Shown: positions 1 to 10,995, counted from the first letter of the stretch. The stretch is 64,000 nucleotides of DNA from Methanotrichaceae archaeon (GCA_963748825.1 CAVVKN010000009.1:224001-288000); one strand, 5' to 3'. Numbers and translations: made by a program. Notes: generated by a model from the letters alone, not told the origin.

Positions 1-140
1 ACGGGCGGCCGATATAAGCAGCAATCCTACTTTGGATCTTGGTTTCTATCTCACTTGAACCTTCTTTTCCTCATTAGCATATTGAAAAAACAATAAATCT
101 TTATAGACATGATCCTTAACTTAAATACGGAACAAATAAG

Positions 141-848
141 GTGCCGCCTGGATATATGCCATTCGAGGTAGAGTTGAGAGGAACCATCATTCTGATATCA
201 ATGCTCATGATTATGTGTCCCTCAGCCTGCCAGGCATCTGAGGAAAATGATCTGTGGCTGCTCCTATCCAGCTATGAGGATATAGGCATCACTATGAAGG
301 ATTTAGCATTCTTTCTTGCAACACATGGTTATGATGCACAACCGGCACCGGATCAATCCTCAGTCGTCGTCAAGCTAAAAGTCGGCAAAGAGGTCTATCT
401 CACACCTAACGGAGCTTCGCCAAGACTTGCAGATCTGTGGATGACTCCCCCCACCACCAAGGCCGGACCGGTGCAGGTGATACCAGGCGATGCCATCCAG
501 ATCAATGCAACTTACGCCCTAACCGACAACGCCGAATTTGTGAAGACGATCAGTAGATACGTCATGTTTCCCGTAACGCCTTTGGGAATGTGCTATGACG
601 GTTCTCAAAAGTTGGATAGCACTTACCGCGATTTTGGATATAAGGTGATATTCCTGTATAATCCCAGCGGCTTTGACTCCCAGGGCCATATCTGGGTGGC
701 TGTGGAGGATAAAGACCACCCCAATGCCTGGCTCGCGGTTGATAGCTATTATGGGGTTATGAAGGATCCAGAGTATTATTCTGCACCCTACAGCTTCGCT
801 GAATTTCAATACCTTGATGCGATCAATCCCAAATGGAGGCTGGCTTAA
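141..848 (+). CDS. Secreted protein with C-terminal transglutaminase-like (Cys-His-Asp) domain; true start probably slightly downstream of 141
   Basis: Hydrophobic leader (IILISMLMIMCPSACQA); GMCYDG...GHIWVAV...WLAVD matches the order and spacing of a transglutaminase/papain-like triad. Confidence 0.6.
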   Translation: MPPGYMPFEVELRGTIILISMLMIMCPSACQASEENDLWLLLSSYEDIGITMKDLAFFLATHGYDAQPAPDQSSVVVKLKVGKEVYLTPNGASPRLADLWMTPPTTKAGPVQVIPGDAIQINATYALTDNAEFVKTISRYVMFPVTPLGMCYDGSQKLDSTYRDFGYKVIFLYNPSGFDSQGHIWVAVEDKDHPNAWLAVDSYYGVMKDPEYYSAPYSFAEFQYLDAINPKWRLA

Positions 849-1076
849 TTGGCTCTTGCGAATTTAAAGGGCGCGATCATGGATAGTGTCACTCTTACCG
901 ATGTCGATCTTACCGGTGCGAATATGAAATCAGTAGATTTAAATGATGCAGACCTGGCTTATGCAGATTTGGCGGAGTCTAATCACTCATTTGTTTCTCT
1001 CAAGGGAGCAAAGATTGCCAACCTCGACCTGACAGGAGCCAGTCTGTCTTGGGCTGATCTGAGGGGGCTTTCATGA
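849..1076 (+). pseudogene. Short pentapeptide-repeat fragment
   Basis: A(D/N)Lxx repeats, only 75 aa, directly upstream of a full-length paralogue. Confidence 0.55.
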
Positions 1077-1166
1077 GTGAAACTCTTCATTCGCAGCTAA
1101 ACAGCTCGCGAGTATCACCAGAAACTTGAAATGTCATTAGAAGAGGGATACTAACATAGGAGATCT

Positions 1167-2345
1167 ATGAAAACTGAATCTTTGATGCCGCTTGCATTTG
1201 GCACATTGATGCTCGGCATATTGATGGCGGCATGCTGCATCGCCGCGGCACAGCCGCAGGATCTCAGAAGCAAGATGGCAGATCGTGCCGACCTGGCAGA
1301 TATGGACCTGAGCAATATGAATCTGAGCGGCGTGCACCTCAACCAATCGAACCTATCTGGCTCAAATCTCTCCGGTTCCAATCTTAGTGGCGCTTTTATG
1401 CGCTCCGCATGGCTTTTAAATTCCCAGCTTCAAAGAACAGAGATGGTAAAGACTGATTTAACAGGAGCTGTTCTTAGTGGTGCGGACCTGAGCGGATCGG
1501 ATCTTTCCCAGGCCATCTTAGCCGATTCTCAAATGCCCAATGCTAATCTCAATAATGCCGTCTTAGAGAAGACAGATCTTACCGAAGCCGATCTTTCCGA
1601 TGCCAATCTTTCCGATGCCGATTTAACCGATGCCAGGCTCTTTCGAACTGACCTCACCGGCGCTAATCTCAAGGGGATTTACCTGATAGGCGCAAATCTG
1701 ATTGGAGCTCACGTGAGCTGGGCGGACCTCAGCGAAAGTTATCTTTCGAGAGGCCAATTTTCCCGGGCTGAGCTATACAATACCAACCTGCATGGCGCTG
1801 ACCTGAGTGGAGCTGATTTTACCAGAGCATATCTCATGGGCGCAAACTTAACCGGGGCCAACCTAAAATCGACCAGCCTCTCTTATGCTGATTTAACAGA
1901 GGCAAGGCTCATGGGGGCGAGCCTGAATTCCGCGAAGATGTCCTATGCCGACCTGACCCATGCTAACCTCACAGGAGCTGATCTTTCTGATGCAGACATG
2001 AACTCGGCAAGACTTGCCGGGGCCGTCCTTCGCAAGGTATTGCTTGATCGTGTCAGGCTATCCGAGATGGATCTGAGGGGCGTAGATTTAACAGACTCTT
2101 CGCTCAGGGGATCGAGCCTGATTCTGGTGTATCTGGCCAAGGCCAAAATGAACAGGGTTGATTTGAGGGATGCAACCTTGGACAGGGTGGAGATGACGGG
2201 AGCTGATCTTACCGGTGCCAACCTGGAGCGCATTAAGTATGACCAGTTCACCCTTTATTCGCTTTCCGATGCCAAGCTGGATGGGGCTAAGATGTCAGAC
2301 AACCTGAAAGCGGATTTGAGGCAAATCAAGGAAGACATGAAATAA
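1167..2345 (+). CDS. Pentapeptide repeat protein with N-terminal signal peptide
   Basis: Long run of ADLxx/ANLxx repeats; hydrophobic leader ending AAAQ; AGGAG upstream. Confidence 0.9.
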   Translation: MKTESLMPLAFGTLMLGILMAACCIAAAQPQDLRSKMADRADLADMDLSNMNLSGVHLNQSNLSGSNLSGSNLSGAFMRSAWLLNSQLQRTEMVKTDLTGAVLSGADLSGSDLSQAILADSQMPNANLNNAVLEKTDLTEADLSDANLSDADLTDARLFRTDLTGANLKGIYLIGANLIGAHVSWADLSESYLSRGQFSRAELYNTNLHGADLSGADFTRAYLMGANLTGANLKSTSLSYADLTEARLMGASLNSAKMSYADLTHANLTGADLSDADMNSARLAGAVLRKVLLDRVRLSEMDLRGVDLTDSSLRGSSLILVYLAKAKMNRVDLRDATLDRVEMTGADLTGANLERIKYDQFTLYSLSDAKLDGAKMSDNLKADLRQIKEDMK

Positions 2346-2399
2346 AATTAGCCTGCCTCTTGATCCTTTTTTATGCGGGGCTCTTGCTACACAGGTATC

Positions 2400-2830
2400 G
2401 ATAATTCCTTTGGGACCCGGCCAAAGAATCCAAAAAGGCAATTGATGCTGCATCACCAGGTGACATCATTGGGATACTGCCCTGAACCTACAATGAGAGC
2501 ATCAATATTACCAAGAGCCTGATCTTGCGGGGCATTTCAGGGAAAGACAGGCCGATCCTGTTTGCCCCCGATAGAGGCAATAGCGTTCGAATTTTCGCAA
2601 ACAGCACACGTTTAGAGGGCTTGAGTCTGACCGGTGCCAAAGACAGGTTCATGGCAGCAGTCCAGATGCAGTTTCAAGATAATATTATCGCAAACAATAC
2701 AATGCAAGGTAACGCAGTCGGCATTTTTATGTCTTCTTGAAATATGACGGTATCCGCGACCTGCATCATAAACACATGCACTGATATCGATGAAAATCCT
2801 CTGATGGAGCTACCAGCTGAATACGAGATA
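2400..2830 (+). pseudogene. Remnant of NosD/right-handed beta-helix (pectin-lyase-like) surface protein
   Basis: Across frames reads IQ/AIDAASPGDIIGILP*TYNESINITKSLILRG...NIIANNTMQGNAVGIF, with an in-frame stop and a frameshift. Confidence 0.6.
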
Positions 2831-2914
2831 ATCTGAGACATTAGTATATTCTGGAAAGGAGGGGTTAACTTTAATATCTCGGCAGTGGCTTTTGAGTGCG
2901 GAGGTATTTGGAGA

Positions 2915-3613
2915 ATGGGATTTAAATGTGTGGTAATAGCGTTGGCCTTTGTGGCATGTCTTTGCATGACTGCCTTCGCTCTGGGTCCAAAGGACGCGGT
3001 CGTTGAGCCGGAGTTTCCAGGAGAGGACATGTCCGGCAGCCAAATTTACCAGGAAGTTCGCGAGGGCGTCTATGAGGACCAGAAAGATGCGGCTCTGTCT
3101 TTTCAAAACGAGAGCCTATTTATCATAAGAAAGGATACTGGTATGAGCCCCCACGTTCCGGGCAAAGATGTAAGGACACCAGTTGTCGTCATCAGAGGAT
3201 TAGGTGTAGCTCCGGCAGCAGGAAGCTGGGCCTTTACCCTGAACGACGTTGATAAAAGCTACCTCAAGATAGACCTTTATCAGACCGCTGATGCTGTGTT
3301 TGGATCTGGAGAGCTGGCACATAATGGGGTCGTCACTGCCGTCACCGCAGGAGGCAGCGTATTGGGCGATCGGTTGGCACTGTTTGTGATCCCGGCCGGC
3401 AGTCAGAACATGTATCGCTTCAGCCTTACAATTAAGCCGGGCTCCATGAATGGAGAGTACATCTTCACAGCACCTGGAATAACCCAGCCGGGTGTGGCCT
3501 TTGGCAGCCTGTTGTCACTGCAAGGCTCTGTAGCTCCTGCCACGCAAACTGCTCAGGCTCAGCAGGTCACTCAAACCCTGCCTGTAACTGCAACTGCGCC
3601 TGTAAATGCATAA
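2915..3613 (+). CDS. Secreted hypothetical protein with Thr/Ala/Gln-rich tail
   Basis: GGAGG before ATG 2915; signal peptide; beta-rich body; followed by hairpin and T-tract. Confidence 0.75.
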   Translation: MGFKCVVIALAFVACLCMTAFALGPKDAVVEPEFPGEDMSGSQIYQEVREGVYEDQKDAALSFQNESLFIIRKDTGMSPHVPGKDVRTPVVVIRGLGVAPAAGSWAFTLNDVDKSYLKIDLYQTADAVFGSGELAHNGVVTAVTAGGSVLGDRLALFVIPAGSQNMYRFSLTIKPGSMNGEYIFTAPGITQPGVAFGSLLSLQGSVAPATQTAQAQQVTQTLPVTATAPVNA

Positions 3614-3731
3614 GATCCGGGCAATTGTCCGGATTGCATTTTTATTTTTTAAAGGATACGATTATTAACATCTACGCGCGTGTTTAGCTGCCTAGGCAAG
3701 TTAGAATAAAAAAATACATGTGCACTAATCT

Positions 3732-4052
3732 GTGAGTCTTTTAGATAATGGAACTTCAATAGAAGCCGCTTTTGCTATGGCCGACGGCAAGTACGATGAA
3801 GCCATCAAGGCTTACGATGAGGATATCAGGCTCGAACCCAGTTATGCCGGGGCCAGGTACAACAAGGGACTTGCTCTCAAGGACAAAGGCAACTACACTG
3901 AGGCCCTCAAATGCTTCGATGAGGCCTTCGAGTTAGATTCCAAAGATGCCATGGCCTATTATGCAAAAGGTGCCGTTCTTAAATTACTTGGGAGGACCAC
4001 CGAAGCCAATGTTGCCTTCGCCAAAGCTAAAGCGCTGGAGAATAAGGGCTAA
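3732..4052 (+). CDS. Short TPR protein, possibly an N-terminally truncated remnant
   Basis: KYDEAIKAYDE...YNKGLAL...EALKCFDEA TPR consensus. Confidence 0.65.
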   Translation: MSLLDNGTSIEAAFAMADGKYDEAIKAYDEDIRLEPSYAGARYNKGLALKDKGNYTEALKCFDEAFELDSKDAMAYYAKGAVLKLLGRTTEANVAFAKAKALENKG

Positions 4053-4451
4053 TTCCAGGTCCAATCAGTATGTGTAACCTGTAATCCCTCCCCCATAGTT
4101 GCGCGGTGGATTGCAGATTTTCTATTTGCTCTTAATGATCTCGATTATCGCTATCTTTAGATTGTAAACCTATTTTTATCATGACTATGAGGATGATTGG
4201 TCAGGCAGAAGTGGCAGCTGGCGTGTCCAAGGGCCTGGAGCATGAGCCAGATCGGCTTTAAGCCATAGGACTTCGCAGTAGTATCGTTTGGTCCGTCTCC
4301 AGTGGCTCCAGGCTCGCCTTCTGCTCGTCAACCAGGCAGATTAAGGATGCGGCTGTATCCGCCAATTCGAATTTGACCCCTCACGCCAATCCGATTTTGA
4401 TCCACTCTTAAGCGGCTAATCATTCTCATCATGTATAAAGTTCACGTCTCG

Positions 4452-5159
4452 CTACCTTCTTCTGAAGCTCTTTCCGTTCATGTTCAATATCAATGCGTGA
4501 TGGGTAATCCTATCGAGAATTGCAGCCGTTAGAGTCCGATCATGAAATACCTTCACCCAATCGGAAAATGACAGGTTCGATGTGATGATAGTACTCATAG
4601 TCTCGTATCGCGTGGCAAGCAACTGAAAGAGCAACTCAGCTGCTGTGAGATCAAAAGTAACATAACCAAGCTCATCGATTATTAGGAGATCAATTTTTCT
4701 AAACTGCTTAATATAAACAGAGAGCCGATTTTCGTTTCTTGCTTCAACCATCTCATTGATCAAACCGGCTGCCGTGCGAAATGCAACTCGATAATTTTCC
4801 TCACAAGCCCGGATTCCTACAGCGATTGCCAAATGAGTCTTGCCTGTTCCAGAATTGCCAATGAGAATGATATTTCTACGCTCCTTGAGGAATTCGAGTG
4901 CTTTCAAAGCAGGGATCGCCTCTCTCCCATCTTGCGGCAGATCATCCAGTATCAGATCCTCAAACCTCTTCTTTGTGGGAAATCCCGCGAGCCTGAGCGA
5001 TCTCATCTGGCGATTCACTCTCCTTTTATCAAGTTCTGCCTGAAGTGCAGACATTAGGAATTCCTGCAGGTCATCATTATCCGGCGAATATTCTTGCACA
5101 TAGCTGTAGACTCCGCTCAGCCTCAATTGCTTGCATAGGTCTTCAAGTGTCAAGTCCAC
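4452..5159 (-). CDS. istB: IS21 helper AAA+ ATPase IstB
   Basis: Walker A GNSGTGKT, Walker B LLIIDELGY, TSNL and AILDRITH motifs. Confidence 0.95.
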   Translation of the reverse strand: MDLTLEDLCKQLRLSGVYSYVQEYSPDNDDLQEFLMSALQAELDKRRVNRQMRSLRLAGFPTKKRFEDLILDDLPQDGREAIPALKALEFLKERRNIILIGNSGTGKTHLAIAVGIRACEENYRVAFRTAAGLINEMVEARNENRLSVYIKQFRKIDLLIIDELGYVTFDLTAAELLFQLLATRYETMSTIITSNLSFSDWVKVFHDRTLTAAILDRITHHALILNMNGKSFRRR

Positions 5160-5162
5160 AGC

Positions 5163-6502
5163 TCACCCCTCCATAAAGTGATCAAAAACAGCAAGATCTG
5201 GCTCCGATACTTCAAAACCTCCGTTGAAAGCAAAAGGCTCAACCATCGGGACATCCGTCTGATGAAGGAAGAAACGGATGCTGTCGCACGTTGGATGGAT
5301 ATTCTGCTTGTTTAGGATGGCAAGAGTCAAGGAGAATGCCTCAGGCGATGTCTCTCTCATCAGATCAAGAATCGGCAGAAATTTTTTAGGATCATCTCGA
5401 TAATAATAGTTGAACATGTTTTGTATGAGTTCATCTGCCTGAGCCAAGACCTTGGAATTTGCAAGTGCGCCGGGTTTGCGATGAAATGTCTTGATGTAAT
5501 GAGTGATATCCAGAGAGTACTTCTGCTTCTCGGTTATCCGTCGATGGGACGCGATGACCGCATTTCCATCAAGAAATTCGATCCGGTCAACGAGTATCTT
5601 CAAAGTAATATATCTTGGACGATATGTATCTGGGATCGAGTAGTAATTCCCGTCATATTTTACCAGCGAATATCGGGATATGGTGGCACGTTTCAGTTCA
5701 TAGTTCTCATAATCCAGTGTTGGCAATGGATGCATCGAGGCTCGCTCTCTTCGTCTGTACCCTTCTCGTTAGGCGAAGCGGGATTGCAGACGCAGGGGTG
5801 AAAACCAAAGTGCATGGATAGCTCTAGAAACTTATCATTGAACTGCCCTTTTTGAGAATCATATACTGTAGCCATTCGGTCATAGAAAATAGATTCTGGA
5901 ACTGAGCCGATCTCATGGAAAAAATCAATGTGAGCCTGAACAACTTCCAGATGTGTCGATCTATGATAAAGGCGAGCAAATCGATAGAGCGAAAAGGGCA
6001 GAACGAAGACTGCGAGATTAAGTTTCTGCCACGTTCCACCAATGCTGAGCGTAACCTCGCCCCAGTCGAATTCAGCACGCTGACCAACACGAGGCTCCTG
6101 CAATATGAATACCTCTCGTGGTGCATTCGTGCGTTTCCAGCGAGCGACTTCATTTTTAATGCTGGAATAGCTGATTTTATGGCCCTCTTCTATGAGAAGT
6201 TCCCAAATTCGTTTGGCAGTGATACGTTGCTTCTTGGGGCGGCTTAAATTTGATTCGAGATGCTCATGAATCTTCTGCCGAATAGGCTCTGTGAGGACTC
6301 GCGACGGCTGAATGATTCCTCGGTTTTTGGGAAGGATCTCCTCGGCCAGGCCATCTTGTACTTCTTTGACCTTAAGCACGTACTTCTTTACAGTATTTCT
6401 GGAGATCTTGAGTTCGCGGGCTACTCGTCTGTAGGATTTATAGAGATCGTAGAGATCGACGATTCTGCTTATATCTGCCATCAATTTCACCCTAATGCCC
6501 AC
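5163..6502 (-). pseudogene. istA: IS21 transposase IstA, split by frameshifting deletion near 5735
   Basis: HTH (SYRRVARELKISRNTVKKY), EFDWG, FYDRM and NEKG DDE motifs in 5693..6502; YSLVKYDGNYYSIP C-terminal part in another frame. Confidence 0.85.
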
Positions 6503-6852
6503 CTCTCGAAATACTTGGAGAGGGAAGGCTTTCCTTCTTAGGGTGGATCAAAAAGGAATTGGCGTTCCCTTAAATAGACGGGTCAAAATTGGATTGGCGA
6601 AAACAATCGCCTTCATGGTTTATAGTCCTAGCAGATATTCGTTCTCCTAATCACAGAAACAACGAACCCCCTTCGATAAGATGATTGCCCAAATCAATAC
6701 TGAGTGTGTTAAGGTTGATTAATTTGAGTTGGCAGCTAGAAACGAGAGGCTAAAAAATAATATTTATATTATAACTAGTATCTAACTAGCAATATCCACG
6801 ACTTTATCTTCTGATACCTTCGCGTTTAGTTGGTTGTGCGGTCCTTCTTGTT

Positions 6853-7179
6853 TTATTTTATCGTTTTCTTGGTGCTTCGCTTGACCACGACTACCTTTAG
6901 TGTATCCGCCCCGAGCTTCTCTATACCGACTTTCTTGACTATTGGCTTCCAGATCTTATCCGGCATCCATGCTGGTGCTCCCTTAGGTTTCTTTACCTGT
7001 TTTCGCTCACCCGTGAATACGTGAACTTTCTTAGTTCCACGCTCTCTCAGCCTGATGTCAGTGATACCACGATTTGCAGCCTTTAAAGCTGCCTGTCTCG
7101 GCTGCTTTCCAGTAAAGACTCCATTCTCGTTGCCATCCTTATCTCGCAAGGCAAAGTTTCTCATCTCTTTCTCAGCCAA
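6853..7179 (-). CDS. Non-histone chromosomal protein MC1
   Basis: RNFALRD...GVFTGKQPRQAALKAANRG...IRLRERGTKKVHVF...PAWMPD signature; GGAGG before TTG start. Confidence 0.95.
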   Translation of the reverse strand: MAEKEMRNFALRDKDGNENGVFTGKQPRQAALKAANRGITDIRLRERGTKKVHVFTGERKQVKKPKGAPAWMPDKIWKPIVKKVGIEKLGADTLKVVVVKRSTKKTIK

Positions 7180-7378
7180 ATTATTCCTCCTACACCAAAG
7201 ATCGATACGCTCTGATGTAACTGCTTGTATTAATTATTATCCATGAGGTAATACTCACACTATCGGATCGGGACTTAGAGAACGGATCGGGTGCGTTGTC
7301 CTGTGAAATCCATTGTATGAAAGTAGGGGATAAAATTTCAGTATAGGAATCCAACTAATAGGTATCTGGTGAGCAATT

Positions 7379-7642
7379 TCATTTTTTCATTAGAAAACTT
7401 CGTCCAAGATCTGTGAGCTGGATTTGATTTAAACCATTTTTGAGAGTTAAATGCCCTTCCTTACGAGAGCCTGATTGGGTATTTATGTAGCCGAATTCTT
7501 TTAAACGGGTAAAACGATCTAACAATACTTTTTTCTCAAGCCTTAAAGCTCTCTTGACATTTACTGAAAAAACCCATCCTGTTAGAGATCTATCGTAAAT
7601 CGCTTTAAGAATTTTTTCATCTATTTCATCTATTATATCCAT
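7379..7642 (-). CDS. Small winged-helix protein
   Basis: IDEKILKAIY...RFTRLKEFGYI...IQLTDLGRSFL wHTH pattern. Confidence 0.6.
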   Translation of the reverse strand: MDIIDEIDEKILKAIYDRSLTGWVFSVNVKRALRLEKKVLLDRFTRLKEFGYINTQSGSRKEGHLTLKNGLNQIQLTDLGRSFLMKK

Positions 7643-8577
7643 CAGTCGCAGCCCCCCAAACAGCCAACAAAACATTCGATTACAATAATGAGGCTGCAAA
7701 GATTTATAATTATTGTTATAACGGCAGCAGCGCGTCCACGCAGCAATTTACTGTATCCCGCATAAAAACCATCCCGTAAAGGGCGATTTTTTTAAGATAG
7801 TTTCCTCGCAATAGTTCATCCTCTACCATACCATGCCCTTTTATTCCTTGATCCCCCGCTCATTCAAGATCCGGGAATAAGGGGCCTGGGAAATATTTGA
7901 GTGGAAATTGGTCCGGGCAATTAAAGAACGCATGGCAGCAGGACGGGACTTGAAAAAGCAAAAAGCGAAAGGAAAAAGCGACCCGCACTTTTGATATGCG
8001 GATATTTGACCGACAGGTATATAGTCTGATGTGCCCCTGGTGAAGAGGCTTCATTTGCATTGATTCAAAAAAATTGTTGAGATGTTTTTGCGAGCACCAA
8101 TCGATTCTTGAAATCGATAAAAGGATACATAGGATAAATGAGATTTGGAAATGGCAGAGACGGCTTGAATATTGATCCAAGAGAGACGACCGACGTGACA
8201 TGTTCCTATTTGGGACTTGATACCGGGGCACCTTTCCTAGAAAACGGATCCAAGCCTGCATATTCCCAGGAATGCTTGCCAAAAGCACAGGCGAACGGCC
8301 TGCTAAGCAATCAAGGCGATATTAAAAGGATTTGATTATAATATTATTTTCATTTCGTTTTAACAAAGTAGCATTCTTCCCCAAGTGCCTCTGCAGCCGG
8401 TTGAAGTATCTATCCACATTAAGAGACAACAGATACGACTCAACCAGTTTTTCAGATGTGAGAAGTATCCGAGCGGGACCTATTGCAAAAGAGATACCTG
8501 AATATGTCTTTTCGGATCCGCATCAAAGGACTTCAACCAAATCAAAGATCAACACTTAAAATTATCTAGAGGCAAGA

Positions 8578-9843
8578 ATGTCATTTGGAAATTTAAATAT
8601 CATAGATCCGCTTTGCCGAGCACTGGCCAAGGAAGGATACACCGCACCGACTCCCATACAGACGCTGGCTATACCCCATCTTTTGAATGGAAAAGACCTG
8701 ATGGGCATCGCTCAGACAGGCACAGGCAAGACCGCAGCATTCGTGCTGCCCATATTGCAAAAGATATCCGAACAACACAAGTCAGCCCTCCCCGGAGTTC
8801 CGCGCGCTCTGATTATCGCACCTACAAGAGAGCTGGCCGCACAGATAGACCAGAGCTTTGCCACATACGGCCAGTTTCTGCGCTTCCGACATACAGTCAT
8901 ATTCGGCGGCGTTCGTCAAGGGCCGCAGGTCAAGATGCTTTCTCAAGGCGTCGATGTCCTGGTTGCCACACCCGGCCGACTGCTCGACCTGATGAATCAG
9001 GGCTACATTATGCTGAAGGGCGTAGAGTTCTTCGTCCTGGACGAGATAGATCGGATGCTTGACATGGGTTTCATCAAGGATATGAAAAGGATTGTCTCGG
9101 CGCTGCCGCAAAAGCATCAATCGCTTTTCTTCTCGGCCACCATGTCCCGGGAGACAGGCGAGTTTGCAGAAAAGCTTCTCACAGATCCAGTACGCATCGA
9201 GGCCACCCCCCAGGCCAGCACTCTCGAGTGCATCACGCAGAGCGTTTTCTTTGTCGATCAGAACAATAAGTATCCGCTATTGCAGGGGCTCATCATAGAG
9301 GAAGATATGGAACGCGTCCTGATTTTCTCTCGCACCAAGCACCGGGCGGATAAGATCGCGGAGGCGCTCAATAAGAACAGGATCAACGCCGATGCCATTC
9401 ACGGCAACAAGTCACAAAACCAGCGCACTAAGGCCATGCACGATTTTAAATCAGGTCGCTTGCGGGTGCTTGTGGCAACGGATATTGCCGCAAGGGGAAT
9501 TGACGTTGATGACATATCCCACGTGATTAACTTTGATCTGCCCAACGAGCCGGAGAGCTATGTCCATCGCATCGGTCGCACGGGGCGTGCCGGAGCCGAT
9601 GGCAAGGCATATTCGTTCTGTGCTGCAGACGAACGCAACATCCTGCGTAGCATTGAGAGGCTGACACGGACGAAAGTAGGGGTCATGGAGCACAAGTACC
9701 ATTCCGAAACGGCAAAGATGGCAGTCGGTGCAGCCGCCGAGTCTGCCAATTCCTATAGATCGAGGGCCACGGCGAGAGGTTCCAGACAGGAGAGCGCGCA
9801 CAAATCTGGTCCCAGAAAGCCGTATCCTGTCAGACGACGCTAG
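8578..9843 (+). CDS. DEAD-box RNA helicase (RhlE-like)
   Basis: Q motif PTPIQ, AQTGTGKT, PTRELA, TPGRLLD, DEID, SAT, ARGID, HRIGRTGRAG. Confidence 0.95.
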   Translation: MSFGNLNIIDPLCRALAKEGYTAPTPIQTLAIPHLLNGKDLMGIAQTGTGKTAAFVLPILQKISEQHKSALPGVPRALIIAPTRELAAQIDQSFATYGQFLRFRHTVIFGGVRQGPQVKMLSQGVDVLVATPGRLLDLMNQGYIMLKGVEFFVLDEIDRMLDMGFIKDMKRIVSALPQKHQSLFFSATMSRETGEFAEKLLTDPVRIEATPQASTLECITQSVFFVDQNNKYPLLQGLIIEEDMERVLIFSRTKHRADKIAEALNKNRINADAIHGNKSQNQRTKAMHDFKSGRLRVLVATDIAARGIDVDDISHVINFDLPNEPESYVHRIGRTGRAGADGKAYSFCAADERNILRSIERLTRTKVGVMEHKYHSETAKMAVGAAAESANSYRSRATARGSRQESAHKSGPRKPYPVRRR

Positions 9844-9870
9844 TTGAAAAAGCTGGAAAAACCCGTGAGA

Positions 9871-9910
9871 GGCTATTTTATGCCCAAAAAATAGCCGATC
9901 ATTTTTTTTT
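9871..9910 (+). terminator. Hairpin plus T-tract after helicase
   Basis: GGCTATTTT...AAAATAGCC followed by T run. Confidence 0.55.
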
Positions 9911-10099
9911 ATAAATTTTTAAATTTAAGAACAAATTTTTATATTTTTGCTCCAAGTCTCGATTTACTTTGATCAAGCTTTGATCAAGCGCAAAAAATTG
10001 CTTAGTATACTCGCGGAAACGCTCGCCTCTTTATACGTTAATATCCATATTACACTATTATGCTCAAAGAGCACTAACATTTTATGGAGTGAGATTGAG

Positions 10100-10438
10100 A
10101 TGAAAATTGTCCAAGTAAAAGATGCACAGAGCAAGCCCAATCCACATGGAGTGGATGCCAGGAGCATCAGCGACACAGAGAACGCTCAGGTGGCGCACAT
10201 CACCTTGCAGCCGGGCGAGGCCCTGAAAAAACATATCACACCCGTAGATGTGGTCTTCTACGTGCTGGAAGGTCGGGGCGTGGTGGAGATTGGCGAGGAG
10301 CGCGCCGAAGTGGTAGCTGATGCGCTAGTCGAAAGCCCGGCCAAAATTGCTCATCGCTGGATAAACGAGAGCCAGGGACCGCTGCGCATATTGGTGATAA
10401 AGACACCCCGGCCCAAAGAGGCCACGAAGATGCTGTGA
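10100..10438 (+). CDS. Cupin domain protein
   Basis: HITLQPGE...HITP...FYVLEGRG...PAKIAH cupin motifs. Confidence 0.9.
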   Translation: MKIVQVKDAQSKPNPHGVDARSISDTENAQVAHITLQPGEALKKHITPVDVVFYVLEGRGVVEIGEERAEVVADALVESPAKIAHRWINESQGPLRILVIKTPRPKEATKML

Positions 10439-10452
10439 GAGGGATGATTGCC

Positions 10453-10881
10453 ATGTCGCCTGATGAGAACAAAGCCCTCGTCCGCCGCTTCTTTGCCCTG
10501 GGTCCCTCCCGAGGTGACCTGAGTGCAGCCGACGAGCTGCTGGCCAATGACTTCACCCTGCATGTGCCGCTTCCCTGCTCGCCAGGCGTCCAGGGAATGA
10601 ACGAGGTGATCTCCGCCTGCCGGGCCGCTTTTGAGCACCTCGATGTTACCGTAGAGGATATGGTCGCAGAAGGGGATCGGGTCGCCGCCCGCTTCACAGC
10701 CCGGGGCATTCACAAAGGGGATTTTATGGGCCTGCCGGCTACTGGCAAGAGCATTACCATGACCGGAATTGAGATCTTCCGCATCGAGAACGGCAAGATT
10801 GCACAGCTGTGGGGCGAGGCAAATCTGCTGGGACTGATGCAGCAACTGGGAATCTTGCCGCCTTTGGGGGAGCAAGGATAA
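10453..10881 (+). CDS. SnoaL-like ester cyclase family protein
   Basis: ENKALVRRF...AEGDRVAARFTARGIHKGDFMGLPATGK...FRIENGKI. Confidence 0.9.
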   Translation: MSPDENKALVRRFFALGPSRGDLSAADELLANDFTLHVPLPCSPGVQGMNEVISACRAAFEHLDVTVEDMVAEGDRVAARFTARGIHKGDFMGLPATGKSITMTGIEIFRIENGKIAQLWGEANLLGLMQQLGILPPLGEQG

Positions 10882-10995
10882 GCGATCCGTGCCTCAAGGG
10901 CAAAATCATTGAAAGCTGTGCTTCCCACTTTGTCCTTCGCAATCCTACAAGTTAAATACCATCAAAAGATCGGTCTTTTGCAAAGGTGACATATT

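Larger units (their letters stand above)
4354..6605 (-). mobile_element. IS21-family insertion sequence (istA disrupted)
   Basis: TGT...ACA ends; terminal IRs TGTATCCGCCAATTCGAATTTGACCC (4354) and reverse complement TGTTTTCGCCAATCCAATTTTGACCC (6605); second subterminal repeat at each end; istA-istB order. Confidence 0.9.

Noticed and set aside
7700-8570. ORFs 7860..8288, 8138..8335 and 8332..8559 upstream of the helicase
   Set aside because: No motifs, poor starts, mutually overlapping; probably intergenic or leader sequence, and I could not define an RNA structure
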